A stretch of DNA of 64,000 nt from Octopus sinensis. Its lineage: Eukaryota. Below the pieces are notes generated by a model. That model ran no database searches. It saw nothing but the letters and a program-made list of their open reading frames with translations, and was not told where the DNA came from. The stretch lies in contig NC_043006.1 in NCBI RefSeq assembly GCF_006345805.1, positions 27,342,001 through 27,406,000 of the forward strand, given 5' to 3'. Position numbers and translations under genes: made by a program. Below are positions 25,231-36,958 of this stretch, piece after piece. How positions within the stretch are numbered: position 1 is the stretch's first letter; every line of letters starts with the position of its first letter.

Positions 25231-26240
25231 TATACAAGGTCACTATTAGTAGGTGCCTGTCACTATTGAAACGTCAGTTATCTTGGGCCTTGCACTACCA
25301 ATTACCTCCACAAAATTGGGATAACAGCAGTCCATCTGAGAAATGAACCCTGCGAGGTGGATCAGCTGCTATAGTGAGTATTGCTGGCCATTCACTGCAG
25401 CAACACCATCAGGATCATGACTGTGAAGTGCAGCTGAGCACACCATTTGTTCTGTGGGATGTGATCTGTTGCCCCTCCCCTCCATCTTTTGCTGCTTTAC
25501 TCCCACTTTTTTTTCCTTTTCCTATTTCTTTGTATTTAAATGTCATAATTTAAAGTGTGATAAGTTGGTTTAATAAATGTTGTCTGTTTGTTAATAATAA
25601 AAACAAAAAGAAAGAAAAGATTTAGGTACAAGATAGTAAGAGAAAATTCTAGTGCTGTATGGGAAATGGGTTAAATATGTAAAACAGAAATTGAGAAGAT
25701 AGTGGAATTCTATTAGAAATAGGAAAACATGAAACTGTTCTTATGAATAAACCCCTCTTCATACTTCTATACACATATAGAAAATATATACATAGAACAT
25801 GAGGGGTTTAGTTCACTGGTTATCTAAAAGAATAGGTATGCTGTGTAAGTGCTATAATTGGTCATCCATTAGGTTTCAAGTTCACAACTGAGGTTGGAGC
25901 TAGACTTTCAAATTAGCAGGTATATATTAGAGGAAACAAAAACCAAGGTAGGACGAGTATCTCAAGTCATTTACAATATTTAATTAGAGTTAGGTGACTT
26001 TGAGGTAATTAATTAATTAGTTAGTTTAATTGATTATTGGATATCTTACAGCTATATCTAGGATATCCCAAGTGATAGGTTAGCATCTACGTACACAGGG
26101 TATTCCGTCATCAGTTACAACGTAAGTATGTATGAAAGTTTTAGACAGGGAATTCACAGTTTATAAAAGAATAAAATAGTTGAAGAATAAAGAGTAAAAC
26201 AGTAGATAGAAGAATACAGACAGGCAAATAAAGTTCACAG

Positions 26241-26274
<34 letters not shown>

Positions 26275-26275
<1 letters not shown>

Positions 26276-26985
26276 AAATGACTAGAGACCGAGACCTATG
26301 GAAGTATGCTGTGCGTGAGAAGACCCGGCTAGACTAGTGAAGCCATAACCCGTGGCCCCTACCTGGGACGTAGTCAGTCCACCTGTGCATACCTTCCTTC
26401 TTGTGACACTTGTGAAGACCTGTTGAGGCAAGTGAAAATCAAATCAAATCAAACCAAATCAAAATAGATGAACATCAATGGAATTTGTATCCTTGTGGTA
26501 CCAGTGCCGGTGGCACATAAGAAAACCAACCGAACATGACTGTAGCCAGTACCGCATCGACTGGCCTCCGTGCTGAGGGCACGTAACAAACACCATCCGA
26601 GCGTGGCCGTTCGCCAGCCTCGTCTGGCACCTGTGTCGGTGACACATAAGAAAACACCATCCGAGCGTGGCCGTCTGCCAGCCTCGTCTGGCACCTGTGT
26701 CGGTGGCACATAAAAAGCACCATCCGAGCGTGGCCGTCTGCCAGCCTCGTCTGGCACCTGTGTCGGTGGCACATAAAATCACCCACAACACTCTCGGAGT
26801 GGTTGGCGTTAGGAAGGGCATCCAGCTGTAGAAACACTGCCAGATCTGACTGGCCTGGTGCAGCCTTCGGGCTTGCCAGACCCCAGTTGAACCATCCAAC
26901 CCATGCTAGCATGGAAAGCAGACGTTAAACCGTCCAACCCATGCTAGCATGGAAAGCGGACGTTAAACGATGATGATGATGATGA
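26275..26985 (+). mobile_element. RTE LINE ORF end plus complete 3' UTR, inserted after (TA)n
   Basis: TRDRDLWKYAVREKTRLD* followed by a 3' UTR with three ~62-bp tandem modules, a duplicated terminus and a (GAT)n tail. This links the many short tail copies to the RTE LINE. Confidence 0.85.
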
Positions 26986-27474
26986 TAGATGCAAGAAGAA
27001 AATGGAGGAAAAATAACAGGAAGAAGTTGGTTGTTTGCACTAGTAAGCCATTAATTTAATTAATTAATAAAGAAAAGTGGTAGTAATAGTACATTTACGA
27101 TCGTTTCTGTTTACCAGTTGTAGTGGTAGATATCATTAGAATGTAGAGGTAAGAAGAGTGAAAGACAGGGATACATTGGTAACGAGAATAACAACAAAGA
27201 ATGGCGAGTCTTACGTTATAGTAGATATCTTAGTTGTTAATTCTGCTATGAAGTGGATGTAGGGTGGAGGTTATTTTGATCTGTAGTCCCAAGTTTAACT
27301 AAGCACATATTTTCCATGTGTTTATTCTTGCATATAATTTAAACTATGGTTTACCTGCTGAATTACCTGCTACCATATACCTTTTACCAAGGACTGTACC
27401 TACACAAGTAATCACCAGCAGCGCCTTTGGATTTAACCATCCCTTAGAGGTTTTAAACACCTCTAACTTATACC

Positions 27475-27507
<33 letters not shown>

Positions 27508-28374
27508 GTATATGTATATATTATATATGTATGTATATGTGTGTGTATGTATTTATATATATATGTATGCATACACACCCACATATATATATATGTATAT
27601 ATATGTGTGTATGTGTATGTATTTATATATATATGTATGCATATACACACACATCATCATTGTCCTTTTCATGTCCTTGCTTGCATTGATCAGATATAAT
27701 TCATTGAGGCTGATTTTTTACAGTTAGGTGCCTTTCCTGTTGTTAACCTTCACCTGTTCCCAAACAAGGTAATATTTCCCTAAGGCCACACATATTTTCA
27801 CAGATTAAAAACAAAGGACACTGTTTGGGTGACAGTCATTTACAATTATCACACAATGAGACAACAAAGACACGCATGCACACACACAATGGATTTCTTT
27901 CAGTTTCCATCTACCAAATCTATTCCCAAGGTCTTGGTCAGCCTGTGGCTATAGTACAAGACTATTGCCTAAGGTGCCATTGTAGGGAAGGATTCGTGAC
28001 AGAAAAACTGTAGACAGATACTTCGAAGTGGGCTAGCTAGGAAGTTGGTCAGCAGGAAAGAAAGAGACTTCTGGGAGGAGAATGAAAACAGAAGAATGTC
28101 AGCAGTAAACGTGGAATGAATCTGAGTGAACTATACAAAAATAACAGAGGACTTAAGCCCTGATGTACCTAAAGTAATAAACCTTTGGTAAATGTATTCT
28201 CGTCACCACTAGTTTGTTTGTGTATAGCCTAACAAAACTATACCATGCAGTAGGAGTAAACCTAAACACTATGTTGGAAAGCAAACTTAACCACACAACT
28301 TATATATATATACCTATCTATCTATATGTATATATATATAAATATATATATATAGATAGATGAGAATGTGTAAA

Positions 28375-29215
28375 CTCCTCTAGTTCAGGTAGTGATTCAG
28401 CTATAAGAGCCAGTTCATCAGCATAGAGGAGCTCCCAAGGGCAGCCTATCTTGCATTTTTCTGTTATTGCCTGGAGTACTATGATGAATAAGAGGGGGCT
28501 GAGCACTAAGCTTTGGTGAACCCCTACTTCTACTCTGAATTCTTCGCTATACTCATTGCCAACCCTCATCTTAATGGTAACATCCCTGTACATGGCTTGT
28601 ACAGCTCTCGCCAACCACTTATTTATCCCTAGTTTCCACATAGAACATCAGATAGTGGATCAGGGGACCCTATCAAAGGCTTTCTCCAAGCCAACAAGGG
28701 CCAAGTACAGAGGTTTATCTTTAACTATGTATGTCTCCTGCAGCTGTCTTACCAGAAATATAGCATCTGTAGTGCTTCTACCTGGCTCAAAACCAAACCG
28801 CATCTCATCTAGGCTAACTCTCTCCCTCCGTAACTTACATCACCTGATCCAACAATTTGATACCTCTGTAATTATTCCTGTCTAAGACGTCACCTTTACC
28901 TTTGTAGCAGTTGACTATGGTGCTGCTACACCAGTCATTGGGTATGACTTTTTGAATCACCTGATTTACAATATAGGTGACTAGACTATAACCCACAACG
29001 CTAGATATTTTAAGCATCTCAGCATTGATTCCTGATGGACTGGGAGCTTTCCCTGTCTTCATATCCATAATTGCTTTATCTACCAAAGTACTGTTGAATC
29101 GGGTAGCTGGTCCCTGAATTGGGTCAACATTTGGCAGACTCTCCTCCAATTCATTCTCCACGTTCAGCAGTCTTTCTTGGTGAAGAGGAAAAGGCCAAAA
29201 AGCCAACTCTATGCA
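28375..29215 (-). mobile_element. RTE LINE RT fragment (same family as 19780..21860)
   Basis: MKTGKAPSPSGINAEMLK, CYKGKGDVLDRNNYRGIKLLDQVM, GVHQSLVLSPLLF, WELLYADEL. Confidence 0.88.
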
Positions 29216-29217
29216 AA

Positions 29218-29700
29218 GAAGGTTTTTCTCTTTGTTTAGTGGGATTGCGAAGGAGTCATCCACTTTGGGTTGCTACCAACTAATGCAATAATCAATGCTC
29301 AAATCTACTGTCAGCAATTAGAGCATTTGAATGCTGCTTTGAAGGAAAAAAAGGCCAGCTTTAGTTAATTAAAAGTGAGTGGTGTTTCATCAAGACAATG
29401 CAAGACCCTATACTGCAAAATCATATTGCAGAAGGTCAAGGAACTTGGCTAAGAGAAAATTGCTCATCCACCTTATTCCCCAGACCTTGCTCCTTCACAT
29501 TACCATTTGTTCTGTAGTTTACAGAATCATTTGGACGGATTAATTCTCGAAACAACCGAGGAATTGAAACTGACCTTTCAGAGTTCTCTTTGAAACTGAA
29601 AGAGTTTTTCACAAATAAGATTAAAACGCTTATGAGTAGATGGAAAGATGTCATAGATATCATGGAAACTATATTGATGATTAAGTTTCATTAAAATGTA
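29218..29700 (+). mobile_element. Mariner transposase relic (catalytic domain to C-terminus)
   Basis: WDCEGVIHF, YCQQLEHL, FHQDNARP and HPPYSPDLAPS motifs with stops and frameshifts. Confidence 0.85.
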
Positions 29701-30319
29701 AGATTTGATCACTTGTTTTCCATATTTAAAATCCAGACGTTACTTATGAAATGACCTGATAGTAAGAATGAGAACAGGATGGAAGAAGTTATATTTGCTG
29801 GCAACAAAGGATTTCTCTCTCTTTTTTTTTTCAAAGTGCAAACTCTAATGAAGAATGTGTAAGAACCTTGATGATGTATTGTAGTGAAAGTAGAAGTACT
29901 GCATTGCAGCAAGTAAAGCAAGTTAGTTGAGTAGAACCTGTAGGATATGTAATGTTAACTTTCATAACAGGTAGAGCACAGTTGATCTGAAGAAGAGACT
30001 GGGTAGTAAATGTATTTGGCATTAGATGTCCATATCTAGACATCTGCAGGGTGAAAAAGTGCTTTGACCTGACAAATGATGTTTATAGTGGAAACAGGTC
30101 AAGAAAGGAGCAGGGAAATCTAAATGGAGAGAATGAAAGGCCTTACAGATAATATAACATGATCAAAAAGAATGGTTATTCAATGCAGTAAAAACCAATA
30201 TCAGCATTAAATTAAAAAAAGCAAAAACAGATGTAATTCCAAATAGGTTTTCTTGATCATTTATTTCAGCCATCAGTTGTTCAATATTATTCTCTACTCT
30301 AGGCACAAGATCCAAAATT

Positions 30320-30510
30320 TTGGGGGAGGAGGCCAGTCAATTAGATTGATCCCAGTATCCAACTGGTACTTAATTTATCAACCTCAAAAGGATGAAAGGC
30401 AAAGTCAACTTCAGCAGAATTTGAACTCAGAACATAAAGACAGACGAAATATCGCTAAGCATTTTACCCGGCATGCTAACGTTCCTGCTAGCTCACCGCC
30501 TTATCAGTTG
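30320..30510 (-). mobile_element. tRNA-derived SINE family C, just downstream of the ZNF-C stop
   Basis: Minus-strand head taaggcggtgagctagcaggaacgttagc...gagttcaaattc, then gactttgcctttcatcc...gataaattaagtaccag (resembles a metazoan SINE central domain). Confidence 0.75.
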
Positions 30511-30572
30511 TTCAATATTAAAATATCACCAGTTCACATTACATTTTAATTTAAATATTATATATTATCAAA

Positions 30573-31517
30573 TCATATTGAAAAACTCTCATCGTGGCAG
30601 TATGGTTCCTCACCAGTATGAATGCAGTTGTGGGTAGCTGAAGTATTTATCTGAGAGAATCTTTTACCACAGATATTGCAGTGGTATGATTTCTCTCCTG
30701 TGTGAATACTTTTGTGCCTAGATAAATTATTATTTTGAAAGAATGTTTTCCCACAAATATCACAGTGGTATGGTTTCACACCTGTGTGGATATTTTTGTG
30801 GGTGGACAAATTACTATTTTGAGAGAATGATTTACCACAAATGTTACAGTCGTATGGTTTCTCTCCTGTATGGATATGTTTGTGGAGAGATAAATTATAT
30901 CTATTTGAGAATGCTTTACTACAGATATCACAATGGTATAGTTTTTCACCTGTATGGACAAGCTTATGGTAAGACAAACCACTACTATGAGAAAATGTTT
31001 TCCCACAGATATCACAGTGATATGGTTTCTCTCCTGTGTGAATACGTTTATGAGAGGACAAGCCACCACCGTTGGAGAATGTTTTACCACAGATATCACA
31101 GTGATAAGGTTTTTCTCCGGTATGAATACGCTTATGATAAGACAAGCCACCACTTTGAGAGAATGTTTTCCCACAGATATCACAGTGATATGGTTTCTCT
31201 CGTATGTGAATACATTTGTGGGAAGATAAATTACTATTTTGAGAGAATGTTTTATCACACATATTACAGTGGTATGGTTTCTCTCCTGTGTGAATGCGTT
31301 TATGTTGAGATAAGAAACTACTATTAGTGAATGTTTTACTACAAACATGACAGTGATACAGTTTGGATACTGAGTGAATTAATTTATGTTGAATTAAATT
31401 ATTTCTTGTTGTGAATAATTCCTCACAGATATCACACCTGTGTGATTTCTCTTCTGCATTGTCTTCTATTTGATCAGTCAGATCAATAATTTCAATCTGT
31501 GATTCATTGAAAACCAT
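30573..31517 (-). CDS. ZNF-C: C2H2 zinc-finger protein, 10 fingers plus a degenerate terminal finger
   Basis: 314-aa ORF: acidic 26-aa leader, 10 C2H2 fingers, ending in a broken finger (YCHDESFSI). Confidence 0.93.
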   Translation of the reverse strand: MVFNESQIEIIDLTDQIEDNAEEKSHRCDICEELFTTRNNLIQHKLIHSVSKLYHCHVCSKTFTNSSFLSQHKRIHTGEKPYHCNMCDKTFSQNSNLSSHKCIHIREKPYHCDICGKTFSQSGGLSYHKRIHTGEKPYHCDICGKTFSNGGGLSSHKRIHTGEKPYHCDICGKTFSHSSGLSYHKLVHTGEKLYHCDICSKAFSNRYNLSLHKHIHTGEKPYDCNICGKSFSQNSNLSTHKNIHTGVKPYHCDICGKTFFQNNNLSRHKSIHTGEKSYHCNICGKRFSQINTSATHNCIHTGEEPYCHDESFSI

Positions 31518-31975
31518 AATTTTCTCTTTTAACTTAAAAATAAAAAATGATGTCTTGTAACTTTTTCTCTGTTTTCTTTGTAGTTTGTAACAAAAATATT
31601 TCTATGACTACATTTTTTCTATATGGTGGTCTTTATCAAAGACTGTTTATATCTCAGAAGTTTAGGAATACTTTTAAATGGTAGATTTATTTGGATACAA
31701 TGTTGTAATTAATAATCAGTAATTAAGGAAGTTCCAAATATCAAGATACATCTGGATATGCAAATATTAACATATAAGGCAGATAGAACATTATAAATAG
31801 GAAATATTTTGCATCCATTCGACTAAGAGTTGTAAATACAGGTTAGCATCAGCTCGATGAAGTTAACTTTAGTCTTCCAAAGTAAACGAATACATTGTTC
31901 CTCTTCAGTGAAATCATTTTTATTACCATGTTTCTTGCCAGATAACCTGAAATAAAAAGACAACATAAGACATGA
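31518..31975 (-). other. Splice acceptor (AG = 31947-31948 on -) and 5' leader of the ZNF-C coding exon
   Basis: Minus strand ttatgttgtctttttatttcag|gttatctgg. Leader aligns by eye with the ZNF-D leader (ataaaa..atttcactg, gactaaag, gat..taacc). Confidence 0.7.
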
Positions 31976-32176
31976 GGGACAAAGAAGTGTATATATGAAA
32001 ATTACTGGAGAAAAATTACTTGACTATAAACAAGCAACAGTCAGAACATATTTACAGAAATAAGACAATCCAATGTAGAGATATAGTGGAAATAAATAGT
32101 AAGGACCATGGATCTGGATTTTTGGAATGAAGATCTTACATTCTAAATTATAATTTCTTGATCCAAGCAAATAAAA

Positions 32177-32210
<34 letters not shown>

Positions 32211-32859
32211 TTCTATCCATCTATCTATTTATATGAATTAGATTACTTCGTTTAGTCAAATCTTTAGTTGTATTTTCTCCTCAGATATAGTTCAATCAAT
32301 TCCAGAAAGCATCAATATCTTATACTAGAAATATATGACTTTCAACTGATGAACTTTTGTTCATGATGGTCTCAGTATCTTATTAAGATCATTATCAATT
32401 CTAATTTTAATACTGGAAAATTTTTTTGTAATGTTATGAGAGGGAGGGTTGGTGCTGAAAGGAATGATGGAATAAAATAATTTCCCTATACATTTTTCTC
32501 AAAGGGAGATGTAATATTGACTTATGGGTTATTAGGAAGCTTTTTCAAGAAATTTTCACTAACATTTCAGATGAAAAAAAAAGGTAAGTGCAGAGTTACT
32601 TTGCCAAAGAAGCTACATAAACACTTTCTACCATTTTTGAGTGAATGTATATGGCTGCATTTAATTAAAAAGGGTGGTGGACAGTAGAATTGGTATTTAT
32701 TCACATCCATTTCTGTTGTGTGTTCAAACCCAGCAGAGTGGTCTTATCTTTCCTACTCCATACTAAATAAGCATCAGTTAAGTATTGGAATAGATTTAAT
32801 CCAATCTGCATTTTCCCAGAATGAATGGTGTTAAAGCAATGTTAAGGAACAAGAGAGAA

Positions 32860-33900
32860 CTCATAGTGCAAAGGATCCATGATTCAACAGAGGATTATCA
32901 GGTGAAGGTAGTAGGGCTTATCCACTAGGGCCAATGGATACAGTGGGACCAGTCACCCAAGGCAATGACCAGGGAAGATTGTCCTTCTTTCATACTGTCA
33001 CTGACCTCTTGCCAAACCCAAATAACTTTAAAATATGGGGCAAAGAAAAAGACCCACCCTGCAAGCAGTGTGGAGCAACTCTTTGCACCTTGAACCACAT
33101 TTTGACCAGATGCATTAGGGTGCTGGGAGAAGGCTGACACATGTGGGAACATGAAAAGTCCTTGCAGCAATTGCCAAATGAACTGATCTACAAAGAGTGA
33201 AGGCAAGTAAACACCAGCCACTACCACTACCAAAGGGCATCAAATGCCTAAAGGAAGTCAACAAAGCTCCCAAGGCAAAAATAATGATAGGGGACCTGTT
33301 TTCTATTTTGCATTTAGCCTCAGACTGGGAGATGCAAGTAGGCCTGAAAAACAAACTTGTTTTCCCAGAGGAGATAGAGGTAGCATTACTTTGACCAGAT
33401 ATATTCCTGCTCTCTGGGAATACAAAAATAATCATCAAGGTTGAATTCATAATGCCTTGGGAGTACAAACTCGAAATTTTCCCCTCGGTAAAGAAAAGAA
33501 ATATCAGGACTTAGTCGACAAGGCCCTTGTCAAAGGATTGCATGCAGCCTTGTTCCCCATTGAAGTTAGCTGCTACATATTCCCAGCTATATTAGAGTGC
33601 TATTTCCTGCAGAAGATAGATCTGGAGCCTAGACAACTGAAGAGAGCCATCAAGGAGAGTAGTCATGGCACTTAAAACTAGCTCAAGGTGGCTGTGGTTG
33701 ATAAGAGATCACAATTGGAACCCTTTCGTAGGTGAATACAAATTCAGTCTTTGCTGCCCCACTCAGGCAAAGCATATAGGCTAAGGAGCAAAACGCTTGT
33801 GACAGTAAGATACCTGCTGACGATACGGAAATATTTCCAGCATTGCAATCAATTTAGAAGAGCTTGTGAAACTCTGAGTAGCTCCTGCAGTTTCTACATA
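32860..33900 (+). mobile_element. 3' fragment of a restriction-like-endonuclease non-LTR retrotransposon (Hero/NeSL/R2 group)
   Basis: CCHC knuckle CKQCGATLCTLNHILTRC, then DWEMQV.LKNKLVFPEEI...PDI...VEF.MPWE...KYQDLV...FPIEV (PD-(D/E)xK-type RLE domain). Stops and frameshifts. Confidence 0.8.
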
Positions 33901-34070
33901 GGGCAAGCATCTCTGATGTTTATTTCGCCTCACCTGTATATTCAAATAAAATCCAATCTCTTGTAACTGTCGACACGACAGCATTTATTTGGTTAAAACA
34001 TATTTTGTTTATGAAGCCTGCAACATTCGACTCTGGGTTGTCAAACGTAACAGATCAACATGTAAAAGTC

Positions 34071-36045
34071 GGTTAATGTTAACTTTAACACCCGGCCACA
34101 AAAAAAAAAGTTTAATAGATGTAAAAAATGTGTATTAAACGAATATGAAAACAAAAGTCTGCGCCAACAAACCGGGGTGGGGGGACTTTCGGAAAATTCA
34201 CAAGATCCAATTATAATCCCTTATAACTTAAAGAAATTTTATATTGATATCTTTCAAATGGCATAGATTACGATTATAAAGAAATTTGTCAGGAAATTTT
34301 TTTTCCGACGGGGTGAAGAAAGGACTTTCGAAGAGAAAGAAATTCATAAATTATTTTTTTGCTTGAGTGTAACGGAAACAAGTTTGAAAAAAATTTTTCA
34401 GATTCATTTATTTTCGTTTGAGTAATAGGAAAAGGTTTTAAAAGTGATCCCATGTATCATTGCGAGAGGAACAAATTCATAAATACAGTGTTGAATATGG
34501 TTTCACTATGGGGGAAAAAGTTAAGGGTGATTTAGCTGTTGTTTTAAGCACACCCCCACCGTTGGGCTCGGATCTTTAAAAAAAAAACTTTTTCTATTAC
34601 TCAAACGAAAAATAAATGAATCTTAAAAAATTTTTTCAAACTTTTTTTGATTACACTCTTCGAAAGTCTTCTCCCCACAAACTTCTTTATAATCGTAATG
34701 TATGCTGTTTGAAAGGTTAGTTATGAAGGAAAAAATAGGATCTTGTGAATTTTCCGGAAGTCCTCTCCCCACCCCCTGGTTCGTTGGTGCAAATTTTTGT
34801 TTTCATATTCGTTTAATACACATTTTTTGGTTAATATAGGGCGTAACAAATATCAGAAAATCAAAAAAAAAATGTGTGTAATAGGTGTAAAACAACTTCC
34901 TATGAACGAATATGAAAAAAAAAATTCGCGCACGCGAAAGTGGGGTGGGGGAGAGGCCTCGGAAAATTCACATCGGGAAGTTCCGAAAGCGTCTGAGGAG
35001 CTGACCCGGGCACCAAAACAAAAAAAAAAATAGTGTAATATGTGTAAAACAACTTGCTCTAAACGAATATGACAAAAAAAAAATGCGCTCTCGCGAAAGA
35101 GGGGTGGGGGAGAGGCCTCGGAATATTTATATCGGGAATTTCCGAAAGCGTCTGAACCGGGCACAAAAACAAAAACAACGTAATAGGTGTAAAACAACTT
35201 GCTCTAAACGACTATCATGAAAAAAATGCGCGCTCGCGAAAGGGGGGTGGGGGAGAGGCATATATCTGAACTATTTCAAAGAAAAGCATAAATTTAATGT
35301 TTAAAATAGCTTTAACCAAGGAATGAGATCCAACATTTCTTCACTTTTTCCAGAATTTCTTCTCTTTATTATTTTTTTTTTGCGAAATACGGAGTTTATG
35401 ATTCATGTGTGAGTGTGTGTTCTTGATACTCGTTTAGAACAAGTAGTTTTACACCAATTACACTATTTTTTCTTAGTTTAAAGGCCGTGGACTGAAGATG
35501 TGAAATTTCCGAAGCCTCTCCCCCACCCCCCACCCCTTCGCGAGCGCGCATTTTTTTTATGATAGTCGTTTAGAGCAAGTTGTTTTACACCTATTACGCT
35601 GTTTTTGTTTTTGTTTTTGTGCCCGGTTCAGACGCTTTCGGAAATTCCCGATATAAATATTCCGAGGCCTCTCCCCCACCCCTCTTTCTCGAGAGCGCAT
35701 TTTTTTTTTCATATTCGTTTAGAGCAAGTTGTTTTACACATATTACACTATTTTTTTTTTTGTTTTGGTGCCCGGGTCAGCCCCTCAGACGCTTTCGGAA
35801 CTTCCCGATGTGAATTTTCCGAGGCCTATCCCCCACCCCCCTTTCGCGTGCGCGAATTTTTTTTTTCATATTCGTTCATAGGAAGTTGTTTTACACCTAT
35901 TACACACATTTTTTTTTTGATTTTCTGATATTTGTTACGCCCTATATTAACCCATTTTTTTTTACACCTATTACACTTGTTTATGTTTTGGTGGCGGGGT
36001 GTTAAAGTAAATATTAAGCAAAAGGTGTTAAAGTAAATATTAACC
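34071..36045. mobile_element. Foldback-type element with modular inverted repeats
   Basis: Outer IR ggttaatgttaactttaacacccggccac / gtggcggggtgttaaagtaaatattaa. Internal IR pair ~34125..34430 versus ~34590..34828. Large near-perfect IR 34828..35258 versus 35514..35954, each arm made of about three ~150-bp tandem units. Confidence 0.8.
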
Positions 36046-36313
36046 AAAAGAAATAATTTTTCGGCGCTTCTTCAGAAACGCACCTCTCCAATTAAACCAA
36101 ATGCAATGAAGAAGAAAAGGTTTGTAAACATTAACCGAAAAAAGTTATGAAAATGGAAAATATATACAAAATATATGATTTACCAATATCTTTTCTTCGG
36201 TGTTGTGTTTTCACTTGTGTGTAATTACACACAATCATAGAATTGTAAACAACATCGGTTTACAATTCTATTATTTACACACGTTATTACAGATTTAAAA
36301 CAAATCTATATCG

Positions 36314-36440
36314 ACTTACCGTTTTCAGAAGAAAACAGTGAATCAATGTGCTGTATTTCTTTTTCTTTATACTACCAAAGAAAATATATTTTCAAAGGTT
36401 TATATCAATCTCTTGCAATGACATCAGCATGCGTTTATCT
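36314..36440 (-). other. Non-coding first exon and donor of ZNF-C (AACG|GTAAGT, exon ends 36320)
   Basis: Minus strand cacattgattcactgttttcttctgaaaacg|gtaagtcgatatagatttgttttaa, homologous to the ZNF-D exon at 41767. Confidence 0.65.
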
Positions 36441-36601
36441 TCTAATATATTTAGCCATAAATTCGTATCTTATCATAACAAAGCAGACAAGTGAACTTTA
36501 TATCTTTGGCCACAGTTTCGATAACACACACACATACGTATGTCCGTGTATATTATTTATCTATCTGTCTAGTTATCTCCCTCTCTAAATACACACACAT
36601 A

Positions 36602-36950
36602 TGACCATCATCATCATTTAACACTTGCTTTTCATGCCAACATTGGTTGGACGGTTTCACAGGAACTGGCTAGTCAGAAGACTACATCTATCCTTGCTGT
36701 CTGCTATGGCATCGTTTCTATGGCTGGATGCCCTTCCTAACGCCGACTACTTTACAGAGTGTACTCGGTGCTTTTTATGTGGCGGCAGTGGCAGCAAGAT
36801 CACCAAATAACTTGCAAGACAAGACTCCTTTGATTTAAGGCAAGGAGTGGTTTTGAGGGACAGAAGCATGACTCCCTCAGGTGGGAAGAGAGTAGAGAGA
36901 GGCGAGAGAAAGATGGTGAAGATGTGCTGGAGAGTTGTGGTGTTGGCGGT
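36602..36950 (-). mobile_element. SINE/LINE-like element with RTE-type tail
   Basis: catcatcatttaacacttgcttttcatgcc terminus and tgcccttcctaacgcc block. Upstream part resembles 47040..47850 and 48205..48990. Confidence 0.65.
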
Positions 36951-36958
36951 GTTATGTC

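Noticed and set aside
26045-26115. Hammerhead-like CTGATGA...GATATAGCTGTA on - (and CTGATGT-ACC...GGT-AAAT at ~28163)
   Set aside because: GAAAC box and stems are too degenerate to call, although a PLE origin is plausible.
34797-35928. Mirror-image ORFs of 78-114 aa in the foldback
   Set aside because: Products of the inverted tandem modules, with low-complexity F/K runs.
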